From positions 751-64,750 of the forward strand of contig JAIPCU010000001.1 in assembly GCA_021738045.1 (NCBI GenBank): 64,000 bases of DNA, read 5' to 3'. Source of the stretch: Candidatus Methylopumilus sp. (GTDB lineage: Bacteria > Pseudomonadota > Gammaproteobacteria > Burkholderiales > Burkholderiaceae_B). The position numbers were made by a program, and so were the translations under genes. The notes under the pieces are model-generated. The model had not been told where the DNA came from, made no database searches, and worked only from the letters and a program-made list of their open reading frames with translations. Positions within the stretch are counted from its first letter, which is position 1. Each line of letters begins with the position of its first letter. Below are positions 19,081-29,459 of this stretch, one piece after another.

Positions 19081-19992
19081 ATGCTTAAAACACACCATCG
19101 CTATGACTACAGCCCCATCAATGCTCGGCCAGACTACAGCTGGCCAGGGGGCAAGCGCTTGGCGGTGCATTTCAGTTTAAACGTTGAGCATTTTTCATAC
19201 GGCGAAGGGATTGGAAACGACTACGGCGGGCCCGGCCCACAGCCGAACACTCGCAGCTTTGCTTGGCGAGATTACGGCAATCGGGTTGGTGCTTGGCGTT
19301 TACTTGAATTAGCCGAAGCCTATCAGTTTCCGTATGCTCTGTTAATTAACACCGAGCTCTATGACTATTGCCCCGAGATGATTAAAGCCTTTAGCAGCCG
19401 AGGCGACGAAATCGTGGGACATGGTAGAACCAATGCCGAACGCCAGATCGATATGAGTTACGACGAAGAAAAGATCTGCATTGCTCAAGCAACCGAAGCG
19501 ATTCGACGCCACGAAGGTAAACCGCCCATGGGGTGGTTGGCGCCTTACATCTCACAAACGCATCACTCACTCGATTTGCTCAAAGAAGCAGGCTACCGCT
19601 ACATGATGGATTGGTCTTTAGATGATCAACCAGTCTGGTTCAGAACCGCCCATGGCCCTATTCTGTCTGTACCGTATCAGCACGACTTAAACGACTCAAT
19701 CGAGGCGGTCACCCGTCGCACGCCTTCACAACTTTATTGTCAGAATCTCATCGATCAGTTTGATGAAATGCTTGAAGAGTCGACACGCAGACCGTTGGTC
19801 ATGCCCATCGTGTTGCATAGCTTTGTTTTGGGGCAGCCCTATCGGCTTCGCCAGTTCAGACGCGTCATCGACCACATCATGAAGCACCGGGCTGAGCTTT
19901 GGATCACCACGCCTGGCGCCATTTGCCAACACATTGAAAACTTGCCCGCTGGAGTCGTGCCAGGCAGAGATACGCCCTACACACCTGATTAA
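19081..19992 (+). CDS. Polysaccharide deacetylase / PuuE-like hydrolase
   Basis: WPGGKRLAV, WRDYGNRVG, EIVGHG, DDQP and LHSF..GQPYR motifs. Confidence 0.88.
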   Translation: MLKTHHRYDYSPINARPDYSWPGGKRLAVHFSLNVEHFSYGEGIGNDYGGPGPQPNTRSFAWRDYGNRVGAWRLLELAEAYQFPYALLINTELYDYCPEMIKAFSSRGDEIVGHGRTNAERQIDMSYDEEKICIAQATEAIRRHEGKPPMGWLAPYISQTHHSLDLLKEAGYRYMMDWSLDDQPVWFRTAHGPILSVPYQHDLNDSIEAVTRRTPSQLYCQNLIDQFDEMLEESTRRPLVMPIVLHSFVLGQPYRLRQFRRVIDHIMKHRAELWITTPGAICQHIENLPAGVVPGRDTPYTPD

Positions 19993-20071
19993 CAACAATA
20001 TACCGAAAGACTTTCAAACGAAAGCCGAGCACCCCGCAACAGCGCCTGACCGGGTGGTGAGTGCGCCAAAT

Positions 20072-21955
20072 CTATCTTGAAGCGTGCGAAGCATCAGTGC
20101 TAAAGCTCTCGATTGGCACTGGCCGGCCAAATAAGTAGCCCTGATAATGCAAGCAGCCATGCTCAAATAAAAACTCGCGCTGCACGTGTGTTTCAACGCC
20201 CTCGGCGATCACGCTCAGACCCAGTGAGCTGCTCATCGCCAGAATCGCCCGCACAATGGCTGCGTCATCCGGATCAAACGAAATATCTCGCACAAATGAA
20301 CTGTCGATCTTGACTTGATCTAGGGGCAAAAGCTTTAAATAAGATAATGATGAGTAACCAGTGCCAAAGTCATCTAGAGAAAAGCTAATCCCTCGGTTCT
20401 TAAGCTCAAGCATTCTTTGCGCCGCTTGATCGACTCGCTGTAAAACCGCACTTTCGGTTAGCTCGAGTGTGATGCGGTTTGGATTGATATGAAAGCGCTC
20501 AATCCCGTTGCAAATTTTGGCAACAAAATCAGCGTGGTGAAACTGCTCAGCGCTGATATTGATTGAAAGTTTTAAGCCGCTAGTTTCGTGGCGCTTCTGC
20601 CAGCGCTGGAGTTGCCTAAAACACTGCTCGACCACCCAATCACCAATCGGTACGATCAGACCACTCTCTTCTGCTGCGGCAATAAAGGTAAGCGGTGAAA
20701 TGATCTCAGCATTCGGAGGCATCCAACGTAACAGCGCCTCTGCCCCCATGACATGCCCTGTTTCATTGACTTGGGGCTGGTAAAACAGCGTGAACTCATT
20801 ATTCTGAAGAGCACGCCTTAAGGCATCTACCAGCGAAGTGCTGCTATCGATCGAGGCTTGCATCTCTGGGCTAAAAAACCGATAGGTATTTCTGCCGCCT
20901 CTCTTAGCCTCATAGAGTGCGATGTCAGATTTTTTTAATAACGCGTCGATTGAGTTATCTTCGTCACCAAATATTGTTAAGCCTATGCTTGAGGTGATGT
21001 AGTAATCGGGTCGACCTGGGATCAATGGATACAACTGTGAAACCGACGCTTGAATCTTTTTAACGAGATCGTGCGCACGCTGCGTTGCGATGGCAACGTC
21101 CTGGCCAAGTCTTTCAAGAATGATCACAAATTCGTCGCCACCGACTCTAGACACTGTATCGTCTGGCCGAACACAATCCATCAGTCGACGCCCCACTTGC
21201 TTTAATAAGCGATCTCCGACATCGTGTCCTTGCGTATCATTCAAATTTTTAAAATGATCCAAGTCCATCATCAGCAACGCGCCCAGATCCTGCTCTTGCA
21301 CACTGTTAGACGTAGCAAGCCTGAGTTTATCTAATAAGCGGCGACGATTCGGCAGAGCGGTCAGGGCATCGAAAAACGCAAGATTGTAGATCTGCTCTTC
21401 ATCCCTTTTTTTCTCGGTGATATCCATGCAAAACCCGATCAGAGAATGGCCGGGTAGCGTGATCGCAAGTATGCATGAAAGCAGGATAGAGCCGTCTTTC
21501 TTGCGTAGTGTGATTTCTTTTTCACCAGAATTCTGTTGATGAACGCTTTCAAAAAAAAGGTTTGACTCTTGTGATACGTCTGAAGAGAACACTTCTGCCA
21601 AGGTCATCGTAGACAGCTCGTTCTTAGAAAACCCAGTCATCAGACTCATGGCAGGATTCACAAAGGCAAACTCACCACCGCCGTTTGCCACAAAAATCCC
21701 CATTGGCGCGTGTTCGACATAGGTTCGATAGCGTTCTTCGCTGCCGCGCAACGCAAGCTCGAGCGCATCGCGTCTATCGATCTCGGCGATGAGCAAATCA
21801 TTTTTGTGCAAAAGCTCGACGTACTGACGGTTGGCATCGATCGCGCCTACGTCAAGTGTGTGGGTACGCTTATGCCGCCTAAAAATCCAGGCGATCATAA
21901 AGATCAACAGCAGTGCAACTGCGGTGGTAACAACCAGAGATAGCGAAGAAGTCAT
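20072..21955 (-). CDS. Membrane-anchored PAS-GGDEF-EAL c-di-GMP enzyme
   Basis: One N-terminal TM; PAS domain; RPDD I-site plus GGDEF; EAL and DDFGTGYSS motifs. Confidence 0.93.
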   Translation of the reverse strand: MTSSLSLVVTTAVALLLIFMIAWIFRRHKRTHTLDVGAIDANRQYVELLHKNDLLIAEIDRRDALELALRGSEERYRTYVEHAPMGIFVANGGGEFAFVNPAMSLMTGFSKNELSTMTLAEVFSSDVSQESNLFFESVHQQNSGEKEITLRKKDGSILLSCILAITLPGHSLIGFCMDITEKKRDEEQIYNLAFFDALTALPNRRRLLDKLRLATSNSVQEQDLGALLMMDLDHFKNLNDTQGHDVGDRLLKQVGRRLMDCVRPDDTVSRVGGDEFVIILERLGQDVAIATQRAHDLVKKIQASVSQLYPLIPGRPDYYITSSIGLTIFGDEDNSIDALLKKSDIALYEAKRGGRNTYRFFSPEMQASIDSSTSLVDALRRALQNNEFTLFYQPQVNETGHVMGAEALLRWMPPNAEIISPLTFIAAAEESGLIVPIGDWVVEQCFRQLQRWQKRHETSGLKLSINISAEQFHHADFVAKICNGIERFHINPNRITLELTESAVLQRVDQAAQRMLELKNRGISFSLDDFGTGYSSLSYLKLLPLDQVKIDSSFVRDISFDPDDAAIVRAILAMSSSLGLSVIAEGVETHVQREFLFEHGCLHYQGYLFGRPVPIESFSTDASHASR

Positions 21956-22328
21956 TCGTTCAGTGACTACCGCTTGGGGTGACAGATGGGAACGGGATTT
22001 CTATATCCATACTGAGACGATACAGCCTTGGTAAAGGAAATTTTCATTTGTAGTCAAAGCTTGCAACTATGCCTGCACTCTTGCGTGAAATAGATGCTGC
22101 GACGCGGCAACTTTGTGGGTCAGGACCAAAAAATGCAAGTGAAGGCAGTCATACCCATGCTGCAAAGTGCGGGAGGGGTGCGCGCATGGCGCCCGACCGT
22201 AGATACGTTTCACACGAGTGGTGCTATATTACTTATAGTTATAAGAAGAGATAAAATATTTACTTCCGTTAGCAATAGGCAAAGCGCACAATGCTGATGA
22301 ATACACACGTTTAAAGGTCGTTTGCGCC

Positions 22329-23264
22329 ATGATAAAAAAAATCGCTTTTTGTTTGTTTGGTCTGTTTCTTAGCTCAAGTGCAATCGCAGCCGAACCCCTG
22401 TTGAGTGCACAAGCTACTCAGGCTGCGCTCGCCACACCCAACACGGTCGTCATCGATATCCGCGACCCTAAATCTTACGCAAGCGGTCACATTGTGGGAG
22501 CGTTGAACGCGCCTTACGGCACGTGGCGTGGCCCCGAGGGCAACCCAGGCGAATTACCCTCGCTAGAAAACCTAACCAAACTCGTACAACGCCTGGGTCT
22601 CACGCCCAGTGCACATGTGATTGTGGCCTCTTCGGGCAAAGACGCAACTGATTTCGGTGCGGCTGCGCGGGTGTATTGGACACTCAAAGTTTTGGGCCTG
22701 CACAACTTGTCTGTATTGAACGGCGGTTTAAAGGCTTGGCAGGCTGCGGGGTTTAGTCTAGACACCAAACCAGTGTCAGCTGCAGCAAGCACGTACACCC
22801 CAAGCATCAACCAAAGCATGATCGCCACGCGTGCCGATGTCGTCAGCAGCGTTCAATCAGGTAAAGCACAACTCATTGACGCGCGCCCCACCGCTTTTTT
22901 TGATGGCTCAACGCGGCACACAGCTGCCAAGGTACCTGGCACCTTAAAAGGCGCGGTCAGCGTCGAACACTCAACGTGGTTTGCGCCGAATAGCAGCCAG
23001 GTTGTCCCTGCAAGCGAAGCAAAAAAACTCGCCCTCGCCACCTCTGTCAAAGGCAATCAAGACGTCATCTCTTTTTGCAACACTGGCCACTGGGCTGCAA
23101 CAAACTGGTTTGTCTTGTCAGAGCTAGTGGGTCAGCCAAACGTCAAGCTCTACGCCGGTTCGATGGTTGACTGGACGCAGGCCGATGGTGCCTTACCCAT
23201 GGATAACGTCCCCAATCGTCTCGTACAGTTGTACATTGACGCACAGCTGTGGGCCGCAAAATAA
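22329..23264 (+). CDS. Periplasmic tandem-domain rhodanese/sulfurtransferase
   Basis: Signal peptide; IDIR...GHIVGA, LNGGLKAW, active-site FCNTGHWA and KLYAGSMVDW motifs. Confidence 0.9.
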   Translation: MIKKIAFCLFGLFLSSSAIAAEPLLSAQATQAALATPNTVVIDIRDPKSYASGHIVGALNAPYGTWRGPEGNPGELPSLENLTKLVQRLGLTPSAHVIVASSGKDATDFGAAARVYWTLKVLGLHNLSVLNGGLKAWQAAGFSLDTKPVSAAASTYTPSINQSMIATRADVVSSVQSGKAQLIDARPTAFFDGSTRHTAAKVPGTLKGAVSVEHSTWFAPNSSQVVPASEAKKLALATSVKGNQDVISFCNTGHWAATNWFVLSELVGQPNVKLYAGSMVDWTQADGALPMDNVPNRLVQLYIDAQLWAAK

Positions 23265-23302
23265 GTGACTGCCCTAAACGATGCAGTTTTACGAAATGAA
23301 AC

Positions 23303-24376
23303 ATGAAACGTCTGCCACTTAGCCTGCTGCTACTGCTATTTTTTATATACCTCGGCTGGTCGGTGTCTGTACGCCAAGCTGTTTTGTTTGCAGTGGGGAT
23401 CGGGATGGGAGCTGCGCTTTCAGGCGCACGCTTTGGTTTCACGACTGGCTGGCGCCAGCTCATTGAACAACGAGACCCGCGTGGCGTGGCAGGTCAGTTG
23501 GTTTTGCTCGCCCTGGCATCGGCATTTTCGTTGACGCTTTTAGGTCAATATTCTGAACTGACTGCAGCACTGGGCCCACCGAGTATCAGCCTATTAGTTG
23601 GCGCCTTTGTCTTTGGCCTCACCATGCAGATTGCGGATGGTTGTGGCTCAGGTACGCTTTACAAGGCGGGGCTTGGCGTGCCGCTGAACATGGGGATTTT
23701 GCCTCTCTTTGCGTTGGGCAGTTTTTTGGGCTCGGTGCAAGTGGGCGACTGGCTGACGCTTGGGCAACTTGAGCCGATTGGCTTGGTCACCGAATTTGGC
23801 AGTACGCAAGCACTACTCATCACTTTAGGTGGGCTTGCGTTGTTCGGCTTCGCAGCAAGACTTTGGGTAGGACCAGGGCGCACCTGGTGGGATCGCAAAT
23901 GGTTGTTTGGCGCGGTTGCACTCGCAGTGTTGGCAACGCTCAATTTGCTCATTGCCGGTCAACCCTGGGGGGTTGTCTACGGTTTTGGTCTATGGGCTGC
24001 AAAGATTGCCACCTCTGCAGGCTTGTTTGACCCAACTGCCAATGCCTTCTGGAGCCAGACTGGTAACGCGCAACGCTTAAGCGAAATGGTGCTGATGGAC
24101 ATCACGTCAATTACCAATATTGGTATCTTAGGTGGCGCCTTGTGGGTCTCGGCACGCGCCAAAAGCGACAGCCAACCGCTCACTGCCACGCAGTGGGCTA
24201 TCGGGTTACTGGCAGGCTTCTTGATGGGCTACAGCTCACGCCTGGCCTTTGGTTGCAACATCGGGGCGATGCTAAGCGGCATTTCAACAGGCAGTGTTCA
24301 CGGCTGGATCTGGGTGCCCTTGGCGTTTGCCGGCACATTGTTCGGCGTGCGCGTGCGACGTCATTACAAGCTATAG
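23303..24376 (+). CDS. YeeE/YedE sulfur-compound transporter
   Basis: Multi-TM protein with DGCGSGTLY and RLAFGCNIG motifs. Confidence 0.9.
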   Translation: MKRLPLSLLLLLFFIYLGWSVSVRQAVLFAVGIGMGAALSGARFGFTTGWRQLIEQRDPRGVAGQLVLLALASAFSLTLLGQYSELTAALGPPSISLLVGAFVFGLTMQIADGCGSGTLYKAGLGVPLNMGILPLFALGSFLGSVQVGDWLTLGQLEPIGLVTEFGSTQALLITLGGLALFGFAARLWVGPGRTWWDRKWLFGAVALAVLATLNLLIAGQPWGVVYGFGLWAAKIATSAGLFDPTANAFWSQTGNAQRLSEMVLMDITSITNIGILGGALWVSARAKSDSQPLTATQWAIGLLAGFLMGYSSRLAFGCNIGAMLSGISTGSVHGWIWVPLAFAGTLFGVRVRRHYKL

Positions 24377-24385
24377 CGAGCAACC

Positions 24386-24556
24386 ATGAGCCTATCTAAG
24401 CACAAACTTCAGTTGGTCTTTTGGTGCGGCTTGCTGGCGTTCTTGGTTTGGGATACGACTCAAGCGCCACCGGTTGATCTGCGTAACGAGCCTCCGCTTA
24501 TCGCGGCAGGCTCGGGCAAGGCCTCAAGCGGTGGTCACTGCGCGATCGCCAAATAA
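24386..24556 (+). CDS. Small 56-aa membrane-anchored protein with Gly-rich, Cys-bearing tail (not in ORF track)
   Basis: Starts 9 bp after the yeeE stop; MSLSKHKLQLVFWCGLLAFLVWDTTQAPPVDLRNEPPLIAAGSGKASSGGHCAIAK. Confidence 0.6.
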   Translation: MSLSKHKLQLVFWCGLLAFLVWDTTQAPPVDLRNEPPLIAAGSGKASSGGHCAIAK

Positions 24557-24569
24557 CACTACCTCAGGT

Positions 24570-25562
24570 TCACTCAACCTTTGCACCAGCAATATCGATA
24601 ATCTTTTTGTATTTGATAATTTCAGAGGCGATCAGCGCTTTAAGCTCTTGGGGTGTACCAGTTTCAGGATCTGCCCCTAAGGCAATCAGCTTGTCTGTCA
24701 CTTCGGGCATTGCGATCACTCTGACTAGCTCTCGATTCATCTTCGTCACGATCTCTGCAGGGGTGCCTGCCGGTGCGAGCAAACAAAACCAGCCCCTCAG
24801 ATCATAGCCCTTGACGCCCGCCTCATCCAAAGTCGGTACGTCCTTGAACACCACATTACGCTTTAAGCCGGTCGTCGCAACTGGGCGGATTGTTCCGGCG
24901 TTAATCTGCGTTTGCATCGCCGTAATATTGTCAAACATCATCGCCACACGGCCTGCCATCAAATCTGTCAGACCAGGCACATTACTTTTGTACGGGATAT
25001 GCGTGAGCTTGGCACCCGACATCGAAATAAACAAGGCGGCTGCAAGGTGACTCGTGGTGCCGTTTCCTGAGGAGGCGTAATCGAACCGGCTAGGCGAGGC
25101 CTGCGAGAGCCTCACTAGGTCAGCTACGGTTTTTACCGGCGAGTCTTTGGGTACGGACATCACAAACAAATTGGTCGCGATCAAACCGATCGGTTCGAAA
25201 TCTTTGATTGGATCGTAAGGAAGCTTGGCATACATGCCAGGATTGATGCCGTGCGTTGAGCTTGAACCTAACAGTATCGTGTAACCGTCGGCCGGTGCAC
25301 GCGCAACCTCAGCGCTACCAAGGCTGCCGCCCGCTCCGGGGCGATTTTCAACCACCACGGTTTGACCTAGACCTTCTGTAAATTTTTGCGCTAAAAACCG
25401 ACCAATCACGTCGGTACCACCGCCCGCACCAAACGGAATCACTATCTTAATAGGGCGCGTCGGCCATTGAGTGGTTTGCGCCAAGGCTGCAGTGCAAGCG
25501 AAACCTGCGCATACCGTCGCAAGTAACGTCGAGGCAAAACTGCGGGCAATTGAATTTTTCAT
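24570..25562 (-). CDS. Bug/TctC substrate-binding protein
   Basis: WPTRPIKIVIPFGAGGGTD, ENRPGAGG and DVPTLDEAG motifs. Confidence 0.92.
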   Translation of the reverse strand: MKNSIARSFASTLLATVCAGFACTAALAQTTQWPTRPIKIVIPFGAGGGTDVIGRFLAQKFTEGLGQTVVVENRPGAGGSLGSAEVARAPADGYTILLGSSSTHGINPGMYAKLPYDPIKDFEPIGLIATNLFVMSVPKDSPVKTVADLVRLSQASPSRFDYASSGNGTTSHLAAALFISMSGAKLTHIPYKSNVPGLTDLMAGRVAMMFDNITAMQTQINAGTIRPVATTGLKRNVVFKDVPTLDEAGVKGYDLRGWFCLLAPAGTPAEIVTKMNRELVRVIAMPEVTDKLIALGADPETGTPQELKALIASEIIKYKKIIDIAGAKVE

Positions 25563-25688
25563 GTTTTTTTTATAAATGTAAGAAAATGTAATTGAAGGAT
25601 TGCTACTGGACAAAACCATCTCGTACCATCCGCAGCACAGACCAAAAATCTGAAAATGCTCATCAACCGAGGCGTTTAGGATAACCCA

Positions 25689-25904
25689 ATGGAAACCAGA
25701 ATGACGATGCTAGAAACCCGCTTTGACACAATTCTTCCGACACTTGCAACAAAAGAAGATCTCAAAAGTCTAGAACTCAAACTCACCACAACCATCCATC
25801 AAGAAATCACTTCTTGCACCTGGAAAATGATCAGTTGGATGACTGCCGTGGTTAGCCTGGCGTTTACTGGTGTGTTTTATGTTGCGAGGTACCTGCCGGC
25901 TTAA
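25689..25904 (+). CDS. Small coiled-coil protein with C-terminal TM (DUF1640/CCDC90-like)
   Basis: LATKEDL motif followed by a hydrophobic C-terminal helix; AGGA RBS. Confidence 0.6.
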   Translation: METRMTMLETRFDTILPTLATKEDLKSLELKLTTTIHQEITSCTWKMISWMTAVVSLAFTGVFYVARYLPA

Positions 25905-25943
25905 GTACATTCCGGTTGGCGTATTGAAGCCAAGCTAAGGTGC

Positions 25944-26999
25944 TTACACTCTAAAGATTGCAAACGCCTTGAGCTCTTTATACGAGGCCAATGCCAGTTG
26001 GCACTTTCGCAAAATGCTCGCACCCACGCCGTACACTCTCACATAATCTCGTGCATTCACAACGTAGTACCAAGCCCGACTAAAGATGGGCGGCAACATT
26101 AAAATAACCATTGCAAGGTAGTTCGGCTTTTGCCGGTATTTCCAATAATAGCTTCGCATTTTATTTTGCGATTGCGGCAAGGGTTTCATTTGCACGATAC
26201 CCAGATCATTTTCTACCATTAACTGCAGGCTGTGCTGCAATGCCGCATCAATCTGCTCGGGCATGACGGTTTTTAGTGAGGCGAATTGCGGTGTTAAGTA
26301 GTTCAACACCGCAAGGCGCATTTCGAAGAGAGTTTCAACCGTATAGTTATGCTTGCGCGTGAGTTGATAATTCACAACAGGCTGATCTGCAACCACAACA
26401 CGGGACGCGGGTGTCAGCATATCCAGGTACATCGCGATATGCATAAACAAGTTTCCCTCTAGCCTCGAACTCGCTTGCTTTAAAACCGTTTTATCCAGTC
26501 GCACGACACCAGCAGACAGCAAAATAAACGGCAAAAACCCGGGATCGTCTAGAAACATCTGATCCACTGAAAAACTTTTGTTTTTGCTAAATTTTTTAAA
26601 ATCATCGACGCGAGTTTCATTAAAAAAAGTCGCCCACATAATTGGCACGATATAGCAATCCGCTTCGCCCAATTTAATCAAACTCAACAACCGGCAAAAT
26701 CCATCCCACAGGATCGGATCGTCGTCAGAGAGCAGCCAAACAAACTTACCCTCCGCCTGCTCAAAACACCATTCCAAACTACTGGCAAAGCCAGTACGAA
26801 TAGGATTGTGTTGATAGCGAATGTTCTTGTGCAGAACCGAGCGATTCGCCTGAGCGATCGCGAGCTCTGAGTCATCACAAATTAACACTTCTACATCGTC
26901 AGGGAAGAGTTCAAGAACTCTGCTCAAAAATCTTTCATTCAATAGCTTTAGTGGCTCATGCCGATTAAAGGTTGGGATACAAATTGAAAGATGTTTCAT
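25944..26999 (-). CDS. Family 2 glycosyltransferase
   Basis: LSICIPTFNR, LICDDS and WLLSDDD motifs. Confidence 0.87.
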   Translation of the reverse strand: MKHLSICIPTFNRHEPLKLLNERFLSRVLELFPDDVEVLICDDSELAIAQANRSVLHKNIRYQHNPIRTGFASSLEWCFEQAEGKFVWLLSDDDPILWDGFCRLLSLIKLGEADCYIVPIMWATFFNETRVDDFKKFSKNKSFSVDQMFLDDPGFLPFILLSAGVVRLDKTVLKQASSRLEGNLFMHIAMYLDMLTPASRVVVADQPVVNYQLTRKHNYTVETLFEMRLAVLNYLTPQFASLKTVMPEQIDAALQHSLQLMVENDLGIVQMKPLPQSQNKMRSYYWKYRQKPNYLAMVILMLPPIFSRAWYYVVNARDYVRVYGVGASILRKCQLALASYKELKAFAIFRV

Positions 27000-27385
27000 T
27001 GGTTAAGTGAAAACTGTAGACGGCTTGAATACGTGATGGCGTGAAAACGTCGAGCAACTAGCGACCAATGGCGCAGTTTAGCCTTTGCGATGGGTGGCAG
27101 AATACTGTTAAATATTCTCTCAAACCTCATAATTCCTGACACCCCCTCATCATTCTTGACACTGACACACCAAAAAGACCATCGAGTGTCTCGTGAAGGT
27201 ACCTGATGGCTCGTCAGCTGCGGAGGCAAATTAAGGCGGCACCTGGGGACGGAATTAAGAAAGACTTATAGCAAGCTTGCTTGAGATGGGACTCCCTTTT
27301 TTGTTGGTCGTTTTGCTGAAAACGACTGCCTCTTGTCAATGAAATATAGTTTTATTTAGTATTTAGTAAAGGTCGAGGCCTGCGC

Positions 27386-28237
27386 TCACTGAGCCTTGAA
27401 CTTGGGCGTGACAGGCAAAACCGCAAGATCCTTCCAGCCAATTGGTGCGCCCGCCAATTTTGCCGCCTCAGCCCCCACAAGTCTGTCGTCCCATTGATTT
27501 GCCAAAAAACGTAACCCTGTCACGTCATTTGCCTGACTCGAGCACAACCAGTAAAGAGGCGCCAACATCGCCTCAGGCTGAATCAGCTCGTCTCGCAAGA
27601 AAGGTGCCTCACCAGGAATCATCGGTGTGTTGACAATGCCACCGGGCACTAGCACGTTCACCGTAACGCCGGAGCCAGCCAGATCGCTTGCCATCACGGC
27701 ACTCAGCCCCTCAGCAGCGGCCTTCGTTGGGCCATAGGGACAGTAGCCCTCTCTGAGCATGGTGCCCAAACTTGTTGTGACATTGATGATTCGCCCCCAC
27801 CCGTCGCCGAGCATTCGCTTCGCCACAACCCGGCTGAGCAAAAAAACTGTATTCGCATTCACGGCCATCGCGTTCAACCATTGCTCGGGCGTGACGTCGT
27901 AAAACTTCGGCGGATGCCGATGGTAGTCATTACGAATCTGCCCCTGCCCAAGGCCTGCATTGTTGATCAAGATGTTGATGCCGCCCACCCTGTCTTCGAT
28001 ACCTTTAACCAATAACTGAGCATCGAAACGGGTGAGATCTTCTGTGAATATTTCTAGGCGTTCGGCGTGTTCGGATTGCTTGGCCAAGTGTTTGAGTGCA
28101 AGCAAACTTTGCTCATCTCGATCGACGGCAGCAATACGCATGCCCTTTGTGAGCAAACCCAAGACCATTGCACGACCGATGCCCTTACCTGCCCCGGTAA
28201 TTAGCGCGACGGGCGCGTTTGAGGTGTTTTGTGTCAT
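27386..28237 (-). CDS. Short-chain dehydrogenase/reductase
   Basis: ITGAGKGIG, INNAG and YGPTK (YxxxK); probable start MTQNT at 28237. Confidence 0.9.
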   Translation of the reverse strand: MTQNTSNAPVALITGAGKGIGRAMVLGLLTKGMRIAAVDRDEQSLLALKHLAKQSEHAERLEIFTEDLTRFDAQLLVKGIEDRVGGINILINNAGLGQGQIRNDYHRHPPKFYDVTPEQWLNAMAVNANTVFLLSRVVAKRMLGDGWGRIINVTTSLGTMLREGYCPYGPTKAAAEGLSAVMASDLAGSGVTVNVLVPGGIVNTPMIPGEAPFLRDELIQPEAMLAPLYWLCSSQANDVTGLRFLANQWDDRLVGAEAAKLAGAPIGWKDLAVLPVTPKFKAQ

Positions 28238-28478
28238 GTTGTTTGACCTTGTAAATTCTCGCATGCAGAAATAATGCGTTGTGGCTTCACGGGGAGGCGC
28301 GCCTGAAACAGGGAGTCGTGGCTCGAGGCAAGTCGCCTCGTAGAACAGGAAAGCATGGCCTCGCGACATTCGCCGCTACAGTTTATATTATGATGAGTTT
28401 GCAGAGAGGTGCAGGCACCATCACAACGGCGTGGTGCTATGCACTCATCAATTTTAAAAAAAACGAAAGAGACACCCC

Positions 28479-29441
28479 ATGTTCACACGCATCATGACCT
28501 ACGCTGCTGCTTGCACCCTCGCCCTGGTTTCGGCCCTAGCGTGTGCGCAATACCCAGACAAACCAATACGCCTCATCATCCCGTTTCCGGCAGGCTCGGT
28601 GACCGATACGCTGACACGAGCGATCGCACCCAGGCTGTCTCAACGGTTAGGGCAAAACATTATCATCGAGAACAAGGCAGGCGCAAACGGCGCGATTGCC
28701 GGCCAGTTGATTGCACGCGCTGCACCCGACGGCTACACCCTGATGATGGGTACCAATAGCCCGTTAGCGGGTGTACCCTTTTTAATGAAAGATCCACCCT
28801 ACAACGTGCTGACCGACTTCACGTCTATCGGATTTATTGGCAACTTCACACATTTTCTGCTGGTCAATCAAGAGCTACCAGTCAAAAACCTCAACGAGCT
28901 GCTTGCTTATGCGCGCGCCAATCCGGGTAAGTTGAACTTCGGGTCTGGACACACTGCAGCATTGATTTACGGAACCCAGCTGAAAACCTTGGGCAAAGTC
29001 GATATCGTGCAGGTCTCATATAAAGGCGAACCAGAACAAACCGCCGACTTGTTAGCCAATCGTATACAACTGGCCTTTACCTCACCAGCTACCTCAACAG
29101 GCTTCATTAAAGACAACAGGTTACGGGCGTTAGGCGTCGTGCTCGATAAGCGCAGCCCGATTTTCCCAGACGTGCCGACGATGACAGAGGCTGGCTTACC
29201 AAACTTCACCAACATTAGCTGGATGGCGCTGGTAGGCCCTGCGAAACTTCCAAGACCGATCGTTGATCTTCTTAACAAAGAACTCAATACGGTGCTCAAC
29301 ATGCCAGAAGTGCGCGAACAACTCGCGCGTCAGTCGATGGAAAGCGCTGGTGGGTCGCCCGAAGAGCTTGATAAGATTTTGAAAGATCAACTCGTAGTGT
29401 GGCAAAAGGCGCTGAACAGTGCAGGGATTAAACCCGAGTGA
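28479..29441 (+). CDS. Bug/TctC substrate-binding protein, 18 bp upstream of lanM
   Basis: YPDKPIRLIIPFPAG, ENKAGA and FPDVPTMTEAG motifs. Confidence 0.92.
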   Translation: MFTRIMTYAAACTLALVSALACAQYPDKPIRLIIPFPAGSVTDTLTRAIAPRLSQRLGQNIIIENKAGANGAIAGQLIARAAPDGYTLMMGTNSPLAGVPFLMKDPPYNVLTDFTSIGFIGNFTHFLLVNQELPVKNLNELLAYARANPGKLNFGSGHTAALIYGTQLKTLGKVDIVQVSYKGEPEQTADLLANRIQLAFTSPATSTGFIKDNRLRALGVVLDKRSPIFPDVPTMTEAGLPNFTNISWMALVGPAKLPRPIVDLLNKELNTVLNMPEVREQLARQSMESAGGSPEELDKILKDQLVVWQKALNSAGIKPE

Positions 29442-29459
29442 TTTGATTGCGGCAGATCA

